The notes under the pieces: generated by a model
What the model saw: the letters and a program-made list of their open reading frames with translations, nothing else
Told to the model about the DNA's origin: nothing
Databases searched by the model: none
Shown: positions 38,203-49,095 of the stretch, one piece after another
Layout: the number at the start of each line of letters is the position of its first letter
Numbering within the stretch: the stretch's first letter is position 1
Made by a program: the position numbers and the translations under genes
Source: Neoconidiobolus thromboides FSU 785
Taxonomy: Eukaryota; Fungi; Entomophthoromycota
Reading direction: 5' to 3'
Length of the DNA: 64,000 nucleotides
Assembly (NCBI GenBank): GCA_025603075.1
Contig: MU626350.1
Coordinates: 18,950-82,949, forward strand

Positions 38203-39096
38203 ATGATAAATGAAAACCCTATTGGGTATTTGCTAAACTGTATAGGAGCAATATCAGCCATAGCTAGTATACTGTTAATATATATAGTAGTTAAATTAAG
38301 ATCGTACACGAGGGATCTAAAATTGATAATATTAATAGCATCTATCGAGCTGATGTTTCCATTAGTATCCATGTCGGATATAATACCAACTATAATAACC
38401 AATGACGATGCAATCAATAATCCTGTGCTATGTCAATATTTAGGATTTTTTACAATCTTATTGATCTTTTCCCAGTTTATTGTTTCTGCTTTTTTGGCAA
38501 TGGAAAGATTAAAGGTTGTAACTAAACTTAACATTATCAAATACACCATTTTTCCTGGGATCTTATCATTATTATTTCATATATGTTTATCAATTTATCT
38601 AGCTGTCAATACTGAATTTAAAGCTCAAGCTGCAAAGCTTGTTTGCTCCATCTATCCTAAAACTTCAGTTGTTTCAACCATCGCTTTCTATCATTTTATC
38701 ATTATTTCACTCATGAGTTTAATAATAATCATATTAAGTTATATAAAGATAGCTTTTTACCTGACCAATTTATCACAGTTTATAGATTTAAATATTACAG
38801 AGTGCAATCTTGATACTACTAAGAACAATAAAAAGAGAGCCTCCTTAAGAATTTATTATACACTATCCCTTTATTCTATTTGTATGTTTTTAGGCCTTGT
38901 GTCAATCGTTATTGATACAATATTTCATCTTCTAGAATCTAATGGAAACTTACAATTTATCTTTGGTACTATTGCTACCACTTTAATGACCCTTGGTTTC
39001 TTCTTGAACTCTGTTTTGGTGCTTGCTACTCATACCGCAATTAATCATGAGCTCAAAATTAGAGCAAGGATGTGGTATAATAAAATTTTTAACTAG
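38203..39096 (+). CDS. Intronless 7TM class-A-like GPCR (distant paralogue of 27854-28759)
   Basis: Seven hydrophobic segments; VLCQYLG, LAMERL, ECL2 LVCSI, TM7 FLNSVLVLATH. Confidence 0.75.
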   Translation: MINENPIGYLLNCIGAISAIASILLIYIVVKLRSYTRDLKLIILIASIELMFPLVSMSDIIPTIITNDDAINNPVLCQYLGFFTILLIFSQFIVSAFLAMERLKVVTKLNIIKYTIFPGILSLLFHICLSIYLAVNTEFKAQAAKLVCSIYPKTSVVSTIAFYHFIIISLMSLIIIILSYIKIAFYLTNLSQFIDLNITECNLDTTKNNKKRASLRIYYTLSLYSICMFLGLVSIVIDTIFHLLESNGNLQFIFGTIATTLMTLGFFLNSVLVLATHTAINHELKIRARMWYNKIFN

Positions 39097-39426
39097 CTTA
39101 TTATAGGTTTTTGTTCAGTACTGTGATTTACTGATTTATGGTTTTTCAAGTATTATAATAATCAACCAGATTATAATCCAATTATTGTTTTAAGTTAAAT
39201 TGTCTTATGTTATTTTTGTTTAGTTTTAGCAATAGTGCTATGCTATATTTTTTTGAGCTTTAACCTATTTATCATTTGTTGTTAGTCATAACGTTTTCAT
39301 AGCTTTCATTTAATTCATATAGTCATTGCTTTATTTGCACAGTACTAAATATCAAATCTAAAACTTTAACACAATATGTGTAATAATTAAAGCCATTTAA
39401 GAGCAAATCCCTAGGGATAAATTCGA

Positions 39427-39526
39427 ACGTGAGGTGTTTTTTTGTTTCATCACTTTTCCATTTTTGAGTGTTATTTAAGTGGAAAAATTGTCAGTAAAAT
39501 TCTCAAATCAGGTTATATCCTCATAT
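39427..39526 (-). mobile_element. MITE copy 7 (ACGT/ATAT)
   Basis: Degenerate reverse-orientation match, 177 bp upstream of the SDH3 ATG. Confidence 0.8.
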
Positions 39527-39636
39527 ATTAAGGATTAGTCCAAAAAATCTACTAAATAAATAATTAGCGAAATTTTGGTGTAAAAAATTACTTATTTGAA
39601 CTTAAACATATGTGAATAATAAAGTTTAAAAATGAA

Positions 39637-39641
39637 CCAAT
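39637..39641 (+). promoter_or_regulatory. CCAAT box upstream of SDH3
   Basis: AACCAATC about 62 bp before the ATG; short motif, so chance occurrence is possible. Confidence 0.35.
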
Positions 39642-39702
39642 CGTCAATAAATCACTCTAAAATTAATTTTTGAATTTATACTCATTAGCTTTTTATTTTA
39701 AA

Positions 39703-40200
39703 ATGAACGCATTAACCAAGAAAATTATATTAAATGGGGTTACTAAGCCACGTGGAGCCACGATATTGAATCAATTAAGTAAATACACTAGCAACACAAC
39801 TAACAAAGCAGTCTTAGAAAACATCCAAAAAGTAAAAAACAGTCGACCACGTTCCCCATTTTATGCCTACAACTTGTACCAATCTAATATGGGAGCTTCA
39901 ATGGGCCATCGTATTGGTGGTGTAGGCTTAGGTCTAGGATTCTATGCTATCGTTCTCGCTTATCCAGTTTTAGGTTTAACTTCAGATGTAGCTTTGGAAT
40001 ATCTACAAGTTGTACCAGAGCCAGTTAAAACCGGTGCCAAGTTTATCATCGCTTTCCCATTCATGCTTCATTCCTTTAATGGAGTCCGTCATTTAGTTTG
40101 GGATGCCGCTTCTGGTCTTACTGTTAAGGCAGTTGCTAATTCAAGTTATTTTGTCTTTGGAGCTTCTCTTTTATCCTCTATTGGTTTAGCCTCTTTATAA
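39703..40200 (+). CDS. SDH3: Succinate dehydrogenase cytochrome b560 subunit
   Basis: RPRSP...SMGHRIGGVGL...AFPFMLHSFNGVRHLVWD; basic N-terminal transit-like peptide; first ATG at 39703. Confidence 0.93.
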   Translation: MNALTKKIILNGVTKPRGATILNQLSKYTSNTTNKAVLENIQKVKNSRPRSPFYAYNLYQSNMGASMGHRIGGVGLGLGFYAIVLAYPVLGLTSDVALEYLQVVPEPVKTGAKFIIAFPFMLHSFNGVRHLVWDAASGLTVKAVANSSYFVFGASLLSSIGLASL

Positions 40201-40967
40201 AAAATTTAAAACTTTATTTTTGTATTATATTTTTTTGTTGAATTGGGATCATTTCTCATTAGGTTGTTGAAAAGAAAACAATTAAAGATTATTGGTCAAA
40301 ATAGTTAAAATTTCATTCGATAAATATCTATTACAAAAAAAATCGAATATATTTTTAAATATCATTAATTCTGATCTTAAATTTTAAAAAAGAGTATAAA
40401 CATTAGGCTAAATCACTCACTCCAATATAATAAGCAAGATTTATGAAACTCCCAATTGGAAGTTTGTACATAATCTAATCCATTTAGTATAATTCATATG
40501 GGGTATATAATGAGCCAATGTGTTAGCGAGCAAAAGTCGACAGTAATAGATATCTAAACTATTAGTTGATTTTTATAATGTTAGAAGTGTAGTGGACACT
40601 TTTCATGAAAGTTTATAAAAGTTTCTACTATAATTCTTATTGTTTTTAAAATGGTTATTGTTATATAAAGCAAATCAACTATCTCAAAGATTAACTGCAT
40701 CTTCCTTTCTAACCTTTCACTATATTTTGACAAAAAAGTGATTAACTTTTAATATCATCCAGTGCCCTATTTTTATAAAAAGCAAAAAAGATCATAAAAT
40801 AATCAAATACTGGATAGAAAAAAGTATATCAAAGAGAGCTCATACAAGAATATAGAGCTTTCGTACCTATTGGTGGTATAAATACTAATGTTTCTGATTA
40901 TCAAGAAGCCGAAAGTGTTTTCTAAAGATAAACATAAATCTTTTTTAATATTCATTATCAAAAACAA

Positions 40968-41074
40968 AATTGGAGGATGTTTTTTTGGCTTCATTATTTT
41001 TTCCACCTTTTAAGCACTATTTGGGTGGAAAAATTATCAGTAAAATTATTAAACACAAAAATACATCCCCATTA
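40968..41074 (-). mobile_element. MITE copy 8 (AATT/ATTA)
   Basis: GGAGGATGT...ACATCCCC termini, reverse orientation. Confidence 0.9.
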
Positions 41075-41490
41075 GTTGCTACAAAAGAATACAATTACAT
41101 CTATATTGTATACTTCAATTAGTAGGATTTTATTATTCTATCTATTAAGAACTACATCTAATTTGCTTTAATAAATTTCTTGATAGCTAGCTCATTAATC
41201 AATTTAGGTATTACTACCACTGTTACTATTTTTTTTAATCAATGATCTTGTTACAACATCAACATACCATTTTAATTAAAAAATTTCTTATATGACTATA
41301 GTACTGTTTACTGCGTTCCATTCGGAAAATATAAATCGTAGCTGTTTTAAATAACGCTACACAATATCAGATAAAAAAGCATTATATAGATAAAAAAATT
41401 TATTATGATAATGATATTATAAATGATAACAGATAGAAGCCCTCTATGGATTGAATTGTAAAATTACTTTTTTAACTATTTTGTTGAAAA

Positions 41491-42627
41491 TCAACGATAG
41501 AGTGTTGATAAAAGCTTATTGAGTACAAGTACATAATGAGTAACACTATAAGGACCAAGCTGTTTTTGTCCACAATTAGGATCTTCATCATAAGATTGAT
41601 CACAATAAACAAATTCAGTTTTTAAAAATGATATATGGGGATGTATTTTGTGTTTAAGAATTTTACTAACAACTTTTCCGCTTAAATAGCGCTTAAAAAA
41701 TGGAAAAAATAATGAAATAAAAAAAACTCTCATATTACGTTCATAAATTTCAGTTCCCGAGTGAATCTAACTATAGCTCCTTGATGGGACATGAAGCATA
41801 ATACCATTCATGTTGGTATAAGAGGTCACTCAATGTTTTCCATCTGCAACAAGTCGAGCAAGTCCTTCATTTCCTACCCTTGGGCTCAAATAAGCAAGTA
41901 CTTTCATTTGATTATTCAATTTGTTTTCTTTTAAAAAATCTCTCCATCTCAAAGAACTGATAGTGGCCATAGCAGCACCCAAAGAATACCCAGTGATTAA
42001 GAACTTATAAACTTTATATTTTGGATTTTTAAGCAAAGGATACACAGCTTCTTCAGATTTATACTGTAATGCAGTTATAGCTTCATATATCCCTTTATGG
42101 ACTAAAACGCCTTCTTTAGCAACAGGATATTGAATAAGCTCGCAGTCAAAATCGGTCATCATGTTTTTTAAGCTAATAGTACCGCGATAAGAAATTAAAA
42201 CAGTTTTAATAGCTGTATCAACCCCAGTTACTGAAAAAAGATTTTTTCTTTTGTTTCTGATAAATGAACTGTATAAGAAAGTCTTGGAGCAGATACAGTC
42301 TCCTCTACGAACTAAAATTTCAGGACAAAGGGGAAGTACGGAATATTTATAATTCAAAAACAAATCTTTAATTGTAGAAGAAATAATATTACGTGGTTTA
42401 GATAATCTTTTACTTGGTACTCTTTTTTCTAAGGATCGTAAATCTCTAAATAACCCACAGCCCTGATGTTTAAATATTGACTTTTTATCAAATAAAGTAA
42501 AATACACCCCATTCTTTTTAGCTAGTAAGTTTTTATAGACATTTTTAATCATGTTAGAGCCTCGAGATCCATAAACATTAGTGTTGTAATCTAAATTTGA
42601 TAGCGTTAAGTACTTAACTGAGACCAT
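41491..42627 (-). pseudogene. Class-3 lipase pseudogene A (nonsense codons plus MITE insertion)
   Basis: VLISYRGT, VHKGIYE, ITGYSLGAAMA, YLSPRVGN. The frame continues past TGA (41830) and a TAG as VTSYTNMNGIMLHVPSRSYS*IHSGTEIYERN, is interrupted by MITE copy 9, then resumes ISFLKTEFVYCDQSYDEDPNC. Confidence 0.85.
41633..41735 (+). mobile_element. MITE copy 9 (ATAT/ATAT) inserted in lipase A
   Basis: Full match; removing it with one ATAT restores the lipase frame across the junction. Confidence 0.95.
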
Positions 42628-42960
42628 TTTAACATAAGTTCCGTTTAGGTATAGATCAAATCTTTTGATTTAATCTTTGTTTTGTATCTAAATTATAAAT
42701 TTAGATTAGTGTTAATCTTCCTCTAGACGACAATTCGCTTCCTTATTTGTTTATTTAAAGTAGTTAATATTTTTAAGTTTATAAATCCTTTTCTTCATGC
42801 GTTTAACTGTATAATCTTGAACCAATCTCACATGTTTTAGATTGTAAACCATCATCTATATCGCAAACTCTTCTATACACTGCACAAATTTTGAATATGT
42901 TTTATAAAAAAAAATTAAATTTTACCAAGCAACCTTTAAATAGGTTTTAAAATTACAAGG

Positions 42961-43062
42961 ATATGAGGGTGTTTTTTTTGGCTCCATTACTTTTTCCATC
43001 TTTCAAGCACTATTTGAGTGGAAAAGTTGGCAAAATTCTTAAACAAAAATACATCGCCATAT
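42961..43062 (-). mobile_element. MITE copy 10 (ATAT/ATAT)
   Basis: GAGGGTGT...ACATCGCC termini; lies between the two lipase pseudogenes. Confidence 0.9.
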
Positions 43063-43841
43063 AATAAAAGTTTCTTTTTTCAAAACATTAAAAAAACTCT
43101 GCCAAAAATGTATACTAGTTAATATAATATTACTATGGTGTTTAATAATTACTACATTTGGTCACTCTAAATTGTATTTATACTCAATTAAAATAGCTAA
43201 CAAAAATATCATTACTATATTTTCAGTTCTATACAGCAGCCTTGTTGCATTATAAGTAAATTGTTTTGGTTAAGAGATTTTTATTATGGTTATAATATAG
43301 ACCATGGATTTACACTTGAAGCGTTTATATTAAAAATCTTTTATATAGCCATGATATTGACAAGAATATATCATAAATGGACAAAACAAAAGTAAAAAAA
43401 CTTAGCTATATTAATGATTTTTACTGCAATTAACAAAAAGCCGGTCCTAAAGGCTTATCGAATACAAGCGGACAGAGAACTCCACTATAAGGACCTAGTT
43501 GACTTTGACCATAATCAAGGTCTTCATCATAATTCTGACCACAATAAACCAATATCGGTTTTCGAAACAATACTTTGCATTCACAAATTCGAGCTGCTCC
43601 ATGAACATAGCTAAAACTTCTTATGCAAAATAAGTAAAGATATTATTCTTATTAGTATATCGAGTAACTGAATAGTTGGCGTCTGCGATGTATTAAGCAA
43701 AACCTCCATTATTTACTTTTGGACTTGTATAGGCAAATATCTCCATTTCATTGTTCAAGTTATTTTCTTTTAAAAGCCTTTTCCATCTTCGGTTCCCTAA
43801 GATAGCTAAAACAGCGCCTAAATCAAACCCAGTGATTTAAA

Positions 43842-43946
43842 AATTGAGACTGTTTTTTGTAGTTTCATTATTTTTCCATTTTTTAAGCGCTATTGAGTGG
43901 AAAGGTCATTGATAAAATTCTTAAACAAAAAAACACATCCTTATTT
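43842..43946 (-). mobile_element. MITE copy 11 (AATT/ATTT) inserted in lipase B
   Basis: Reverse match with core AAGCGCTATT; sits just before the nucleophile-elbow codons. Confidence 0.9.
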
Positions 43947-44109
43947 GAAATTTCTATGCTTTGAGTTTCCAAGTAAGGAAAGGATTAATACTTCGGATTG
44001 TTTTTCCAATGTAATTGCTACTTCGTAATAACCTCCATAGATCAAAGCGTTCTTTTTGGCATCAAGATAAAGAATAGGTTCAAAATCAAGGTCAATTTCC
44101 AGCTCCACG

Positions 44110-44211
44110 ATATGAAGACATTTTTTTGTTTAAAAATTTTACTAACAATCTTCCTGCTTAAATAGCGCTTAAAAAATGGAAAAAGTGATAAAATCAAAAA
44201 AATTCACATAT
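44110..44211 (+). mobile_element. MITE copy 12 (ATAT/ATAT) inserted in lipase B at the S-Y-R-G codons
   Basis: Internal match is complete; TIRs are eroded (GAAGACAT...ATTCAC). Confidence 0.9.
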
Positions 44212-45515
44212 GAAATCAAACAATTTTAATAACTGTATCAACTTTAATTACTGCATAAAGACCTTTTTCCTTCTCTTGGATAAAAGAACCTTAGAAAAAA
44301 GCCTTAGAACAGATACTGTCACTGCTATGAACTAAATCTTCAGAATAAATAGAAAGCCTCGTATATATGTAATTTAAACGAAGGCTTTCAATAGATACAG
44401 ATGTCACATTCCATGATTTAGCTAACTTTTTACTTGGAATACTTTTTTCTAATGATGATAAGTCTCCGAATAATCTACACCTTAATTATATGATACCAGG
44501 CTCTTTGTCAACTAAACTGGACCATTTATATCTTTTCTTAGCTGATAAATTTATATTGGTACTTTTAATATGTTAATGCTTTAAGGGCTGTAGAAGCTAG
44601 TTCAAAAAGTTAAATTTAGTAAAATTATGTTTATGGTTGAAAACATTTTAATTATGAAAAAATCACTTATAATTTTGAGGAAAGTGAGCTTATTTGTATT
44701 ATTTTAAAGTTAGATCCAAAATCACTTAATTTTATTTTATAGACTAAATGGTTCAAATTCTTGAAAGATATTAATAAAATAAGAAACACTAGTTGCTTTT
44801 TTTACTGATATTTTTTATTTAATTAATCTCAATTTTAGAGGAAAATGTTTATTTGATTGCAAAATAGACTACTATATCACTTTCACATAAAAAGGATAAT
44901 TAAGTTGTAGGAAGTAGAATTAATGCACTAACATAACAGTAAAGTTAATTTAAGAATGTCATTATAAAATGAGTTATTTTATTTAGTCGTTGAACCAAAT
45001 TGTAAAAGCTCAAGATGAATTAAATCAATTACAAGGTTCAACTTTTTCCAATATAAATTTATTATAAAAAAGTATACTAAAGATCTATTCAAATTCAAAC
45101 TTCATCTAGATCTGATTTTAGCAAAAATCGCAAAACACTAAGTACTATAAAAATATTTGCTTTTTTACTTAATTTTGAAATAATTCATATTGTGACGTTT
45201 TTTATCTACTTTACTTCAAAAAATTTAAAAATTTTGCACTAAATAAGAAATGAACAAAAAGTAAAATGGAAAGTTATTTTTAATTTAAACTAAGCTTTTA
45301 AACTCACTTAAGTCAATTGAAGTATAATAAAAAGGCTATATGTCCATGAATGTGGAGTTTGAACTAACTAGAATTATGAAAAATTTATTTAAATAAAGTT
45401 ATCTTGTTCTTTAATTGCATTGTTTTTTAATAATTTTTTATATAGTTTATTATTATATAAACTATTTATTTATTTATTTATTTATTTTATGTGATTTGCT
45501 TAATTGCTCTATATT

Positions 45516-45617
45516 ATTTGGGGATGTATTTCTGTGTTTGAGAATTTTACTAACAATCTTTCCATTCAAATAATGCTTAAAGTGGAAAAATAATGAAGTC
45601 AAAAAAAACTTTTATAT
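45516..45617 (+). mobile_element. MITE copy 13 (ATTT/ATAT)
   Basis: Left TIR intact; right CCCC is decayed to TTTT. Confidence 0.88.
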
Positions 45618-46900
45618 TTTTTATTAAATATTAAATTTCATATGTAAAAAAATCCATATTTAACTCCTATTAACAAATAGCTAATAAAGCCATTATAATA
45701 AAAATAATAGTCTTTAAAAATAATAATAGCGTAATTTATATAAAGACTAAAAATAAATCAAAAATAAGACAAAGTAAACTAAATTAAACTAAATCAAAAA
45801 GTAACATTATTTATATAGTTTTAGAAAAAAACTATATAAAAAGACTATTGATAAATAAATAATTAATATTATGATCTTATAACAATAAAATAATTCTATA
45901 AATAACTTGATATTATATATTAAGTCAGATTTTAAAAAACTAATTTAGTAAAATACTTTGAAGATTGTAAAAATCATGCTATTAAATATTGTTTAATATA
46001 AATTAATATGCTTGTTATATTAAGCCATCAAGTTTTTTAGTTCATATGCTTTTAAGTTTAATTTAACTTTATAATTTGTGTATCCTAATAACTTTATTCA
46101 TTAAATTTTACTATTTTAGTTAAATGTATGTGGATGTATTTAACTAAAGTTATTATTATTATTACTTAAATGTATTATTTAAGTAAATAGTTATCAAAAT
46201 TTTTATAACTATTTTTAAGATAATTTCATTTAAGTTTTTAAATTTATTAAGTTTTATAAAGTTGATTCAAAAATTATAAATATTAGTAAAGTTTATTGTA
46301 ATAAAATTATAAATTTTATTTTAAGTAACATCATATAAGCAATAATTTATATACCAATTTAGTTGTTAAATCACACTTTTATATTTAATTATTAGAATGG
46401 ATTTTATTTAAATAAAATGATAGTGTTATTTTGAAATAGTAAAATTCAACTACTTGAAAAACTATGCTATAAAGAAGCAGTTGATTCTTATTTTAACTCC
46501 ATCAAGTAGCTGTAAAGAAAGATAATCAAAATCCACAAATTTAATTCCCATAAAGAAAATATTTGAAAAAATTTTATTGCATTAAAAAAAGAGACTAATT
46601 ATTAAAAGAGAGCCAACATTAAATACAGATTAATCATTTGATTATACTGTTGAATGTGTTAGGTTTATAGTAAAAAATAATGGATAAATCGAAGCATTTT
46701 CAGCCTCAACTTTGTAGACGGGATAGACCAGTGGACTTTGAAGGTTAAGTTGGATTGAAGATGTCTAATTTATTCTTAACGTCAAGTATTAGATGATTGG
46801 CTCTGGTATTTGAGCAAATTGAATTTATTACGTTATTTTTAGGAATTCAAATATTTCAATTTATGAAACTTTTTTTATCCCTTCCTACTTTCAATAACCA

Positions 46901-47790
46901 ATGCAGCCAACACGATTAATCAAACAAATATTATATCCAGGGCATCAACCTTTGAGCTCATTTGAAAAACTAAGATTAGCTGTTTCTGCTGGTTTTCAGG
47001 TATTAAAAGATCCTACTAGACAAGGTAAAACTTTAGCTTAATTAATCCCTATTCACTTTTATTATAAGTTATTCAAACGTGTTAATCCCTCTCTATTTAG
47101 ATCTTGTTGCCGCACTTGGTGAAACCACAGGCACATTAAGTTTACAATATATGAGAAATAAAATGATCCATGATAAAATAGGTCGTCGATTATTATTTGA
47201 AAAAAGAGAAATTAATAGTAATAATTTAAATTTGGAACGATTAAAGCTATTACCAGAAGGTACTTTTGGAAGGGAATATATTCGATTTTTAGAAGATAAC
47301 CAAGTGTCCCCAGATACTAGAACGGAGGTAAATATATTTGAAAGTTACTTTTTAAATTATTAGTTATGGTTTTTATATAACTTGTTTTTTTATTGATGAC
47401 ATGGTTTTAATTATATTTATTAATAATTAGGTTCATTACGTCGATGATCCCGAATTAGCTTATGTTATGTTAAGATATCGACAAGTCCATGATTTTTTAC
47501 ATACATTATGTAATATGGGTATTACTGTAGAAGAAGAGTTAGCTTTAAAATGGTTTGAATTGGCTCAATTTAAACTGCCAATGAATTTATTATCTGTTGC
47601 TATTGGACCTGTTATTTTAGGTTCAAAAGAGAGAAAACAGCTTTTTGAAAGTAAATTGATTAGTTGGGCTATTCAATGTGGTAGTAATTCTAAGTTTTTA
47701 TTAAATGTACCATTTGAAGATTTATTTGACAGAGATTTAGTTATGTTAAGAAAAGAATTAGGTATCTTTTTACCACCTCAAAAGTTATAA
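46901..47790 (+). CDS. COQ4: Ubiquinone biosynthesis protein Coq4, 3 exons
   Basis: MQPTRLIKQILYPGHQ...DPTRQ-DLVAALGETTG...LPEGTFGREY...[33 protein letters not shown]...EELALKWFE (HDxxH...E motif). Confidence 0.95.
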
Positions 47791-47928
47791 TAGTAATATT
47801 AATTAAATAAAATATAAATATAAGGATATAAAAATATAAAATGATGAATTTTATTTTTGATTTTATTATTGTCATTATATTGAAGACTAAATTTAGTTTA
47901 AATGATATCTCCCATTCATTGACTTAAA

Positions 47929-49095
47929 TTAACACCTCTTTTTTGATAAATCATACAAATAAAGCCCAAAAAAGGTTAATAGTAAAGCAATCGATTGTTG
48001 ATAAGTAAAAGGTTGATTGAAAGTCAACATAGCTAATAAAATGACTACCATACGTTTAAGTAAATTTAAGATAGTAAATGATAATGTATCAGTCAAATTT
48101 AGAATTGAAAATGATAAATAAGCTTGGAAAAATTGACAAGTTGCTTTTAACAAAAATAAGCCACAAAAACTCATATTCAATTGAAAATTCAATATCAAAG
48201 ACCATTCCATTAAGAGCCAATAAGGGGTTAAAAATAAGAATGAAAATAATGAGGTATAAGATAATATTTGTAAATTGGACAACTCATTCTTTTTCTCTAT
48301 TTTATGTTTAGTATAAATAGTTTGTAATACATAAATTAAAGAAGATATAATTGAATATAAAAAACCGTTCAATTTAAATTCAATTTCTCCTAAGCAAAAC
48401 AACAATACTCCTAATGTGATTGGTATTAAAGATAGAAATATTAAGGTTGGGTATTGTTTCTGAAATAATAACATATTAAATACAATTGTAAAAATGGGTG
48501 ATAAAGCCTAAAAATAGAGATTCAATTAATTAATGAAATTTCTAATATATAAAATAAAACTTACTTTAAATGTAAACACCAGAGAAACGGGTATCAAATT
48601 CAATGCCATAGAATTAAATAAATGGGTGAAGATTTGAAACAAAGCTAATGGTATAGCTATTTTTAATATACTTGGATGATATTGAAATAGACTTATGATT
48701 TTATTATCTACTGTATTATCTTTGTTTTTCTTATCATAAACTTCCGATAAATCCTCTTGTCTCTTTTTATTATCATTATTGAATATTAAAAACAAAAAGC
48801 CAATCATTGCTACTAAAAAAAATTGAATAACAGTAATAGAAATTGGGGAATCAACTGTATTTAATAATATTTTAGCTAAATTATTAGTTAATGAAGAAGA
48901 CAGATACCAACTAATTATTAAACAAAATAATTGAAAATTGAACCATTTTAATGTTAATTTTAATTTAGTTTGTTGTATGTGCTGAGTTAGTTGAGTAGTA
49001 AAATGTTGAAAATTGAACCAAGAAATTGATTTTTCAATTTTATGTTCTTTATAATATTCAGTTTCGATTTCTAACACTATGGATTCACTTGACAT
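47929..49095 (-). CDS. Triose-phosphate/nucleotide-sugar transporter family (TPT, Sly41-like)
   Basis: Multi-TM; WYLSSSLTNNLAK, IPVSLVFTFK, LIPITLGVLLFC, SFTILNLLKRMVVI. Confidence 0.8.

Larger units (their letters stand above)
43430..44610 (-). pseudogene. Class-3 lipase pseudogene B (stops, frameshifts, two MITE insertions)
   Basis: Manual translation is collinear with lipase A: LFGDLSSLEKSIPSKKLAK vs LFRDLRSLEKRVPSKRLSK; ITGFDLGAVLA vs ITGYSLGAAMA; LVYCGQNYDED vs FVYCDQSYDED. Confidence 0.85.

Noticed and set aside
41491-44610. In-frame stops in the lipases as stop-codon reassignment or readthrough
   Set aside because: All three stop types, frameshifts and insertions occur, and intact genes here terminate normally with TAA, TAG and TGA.
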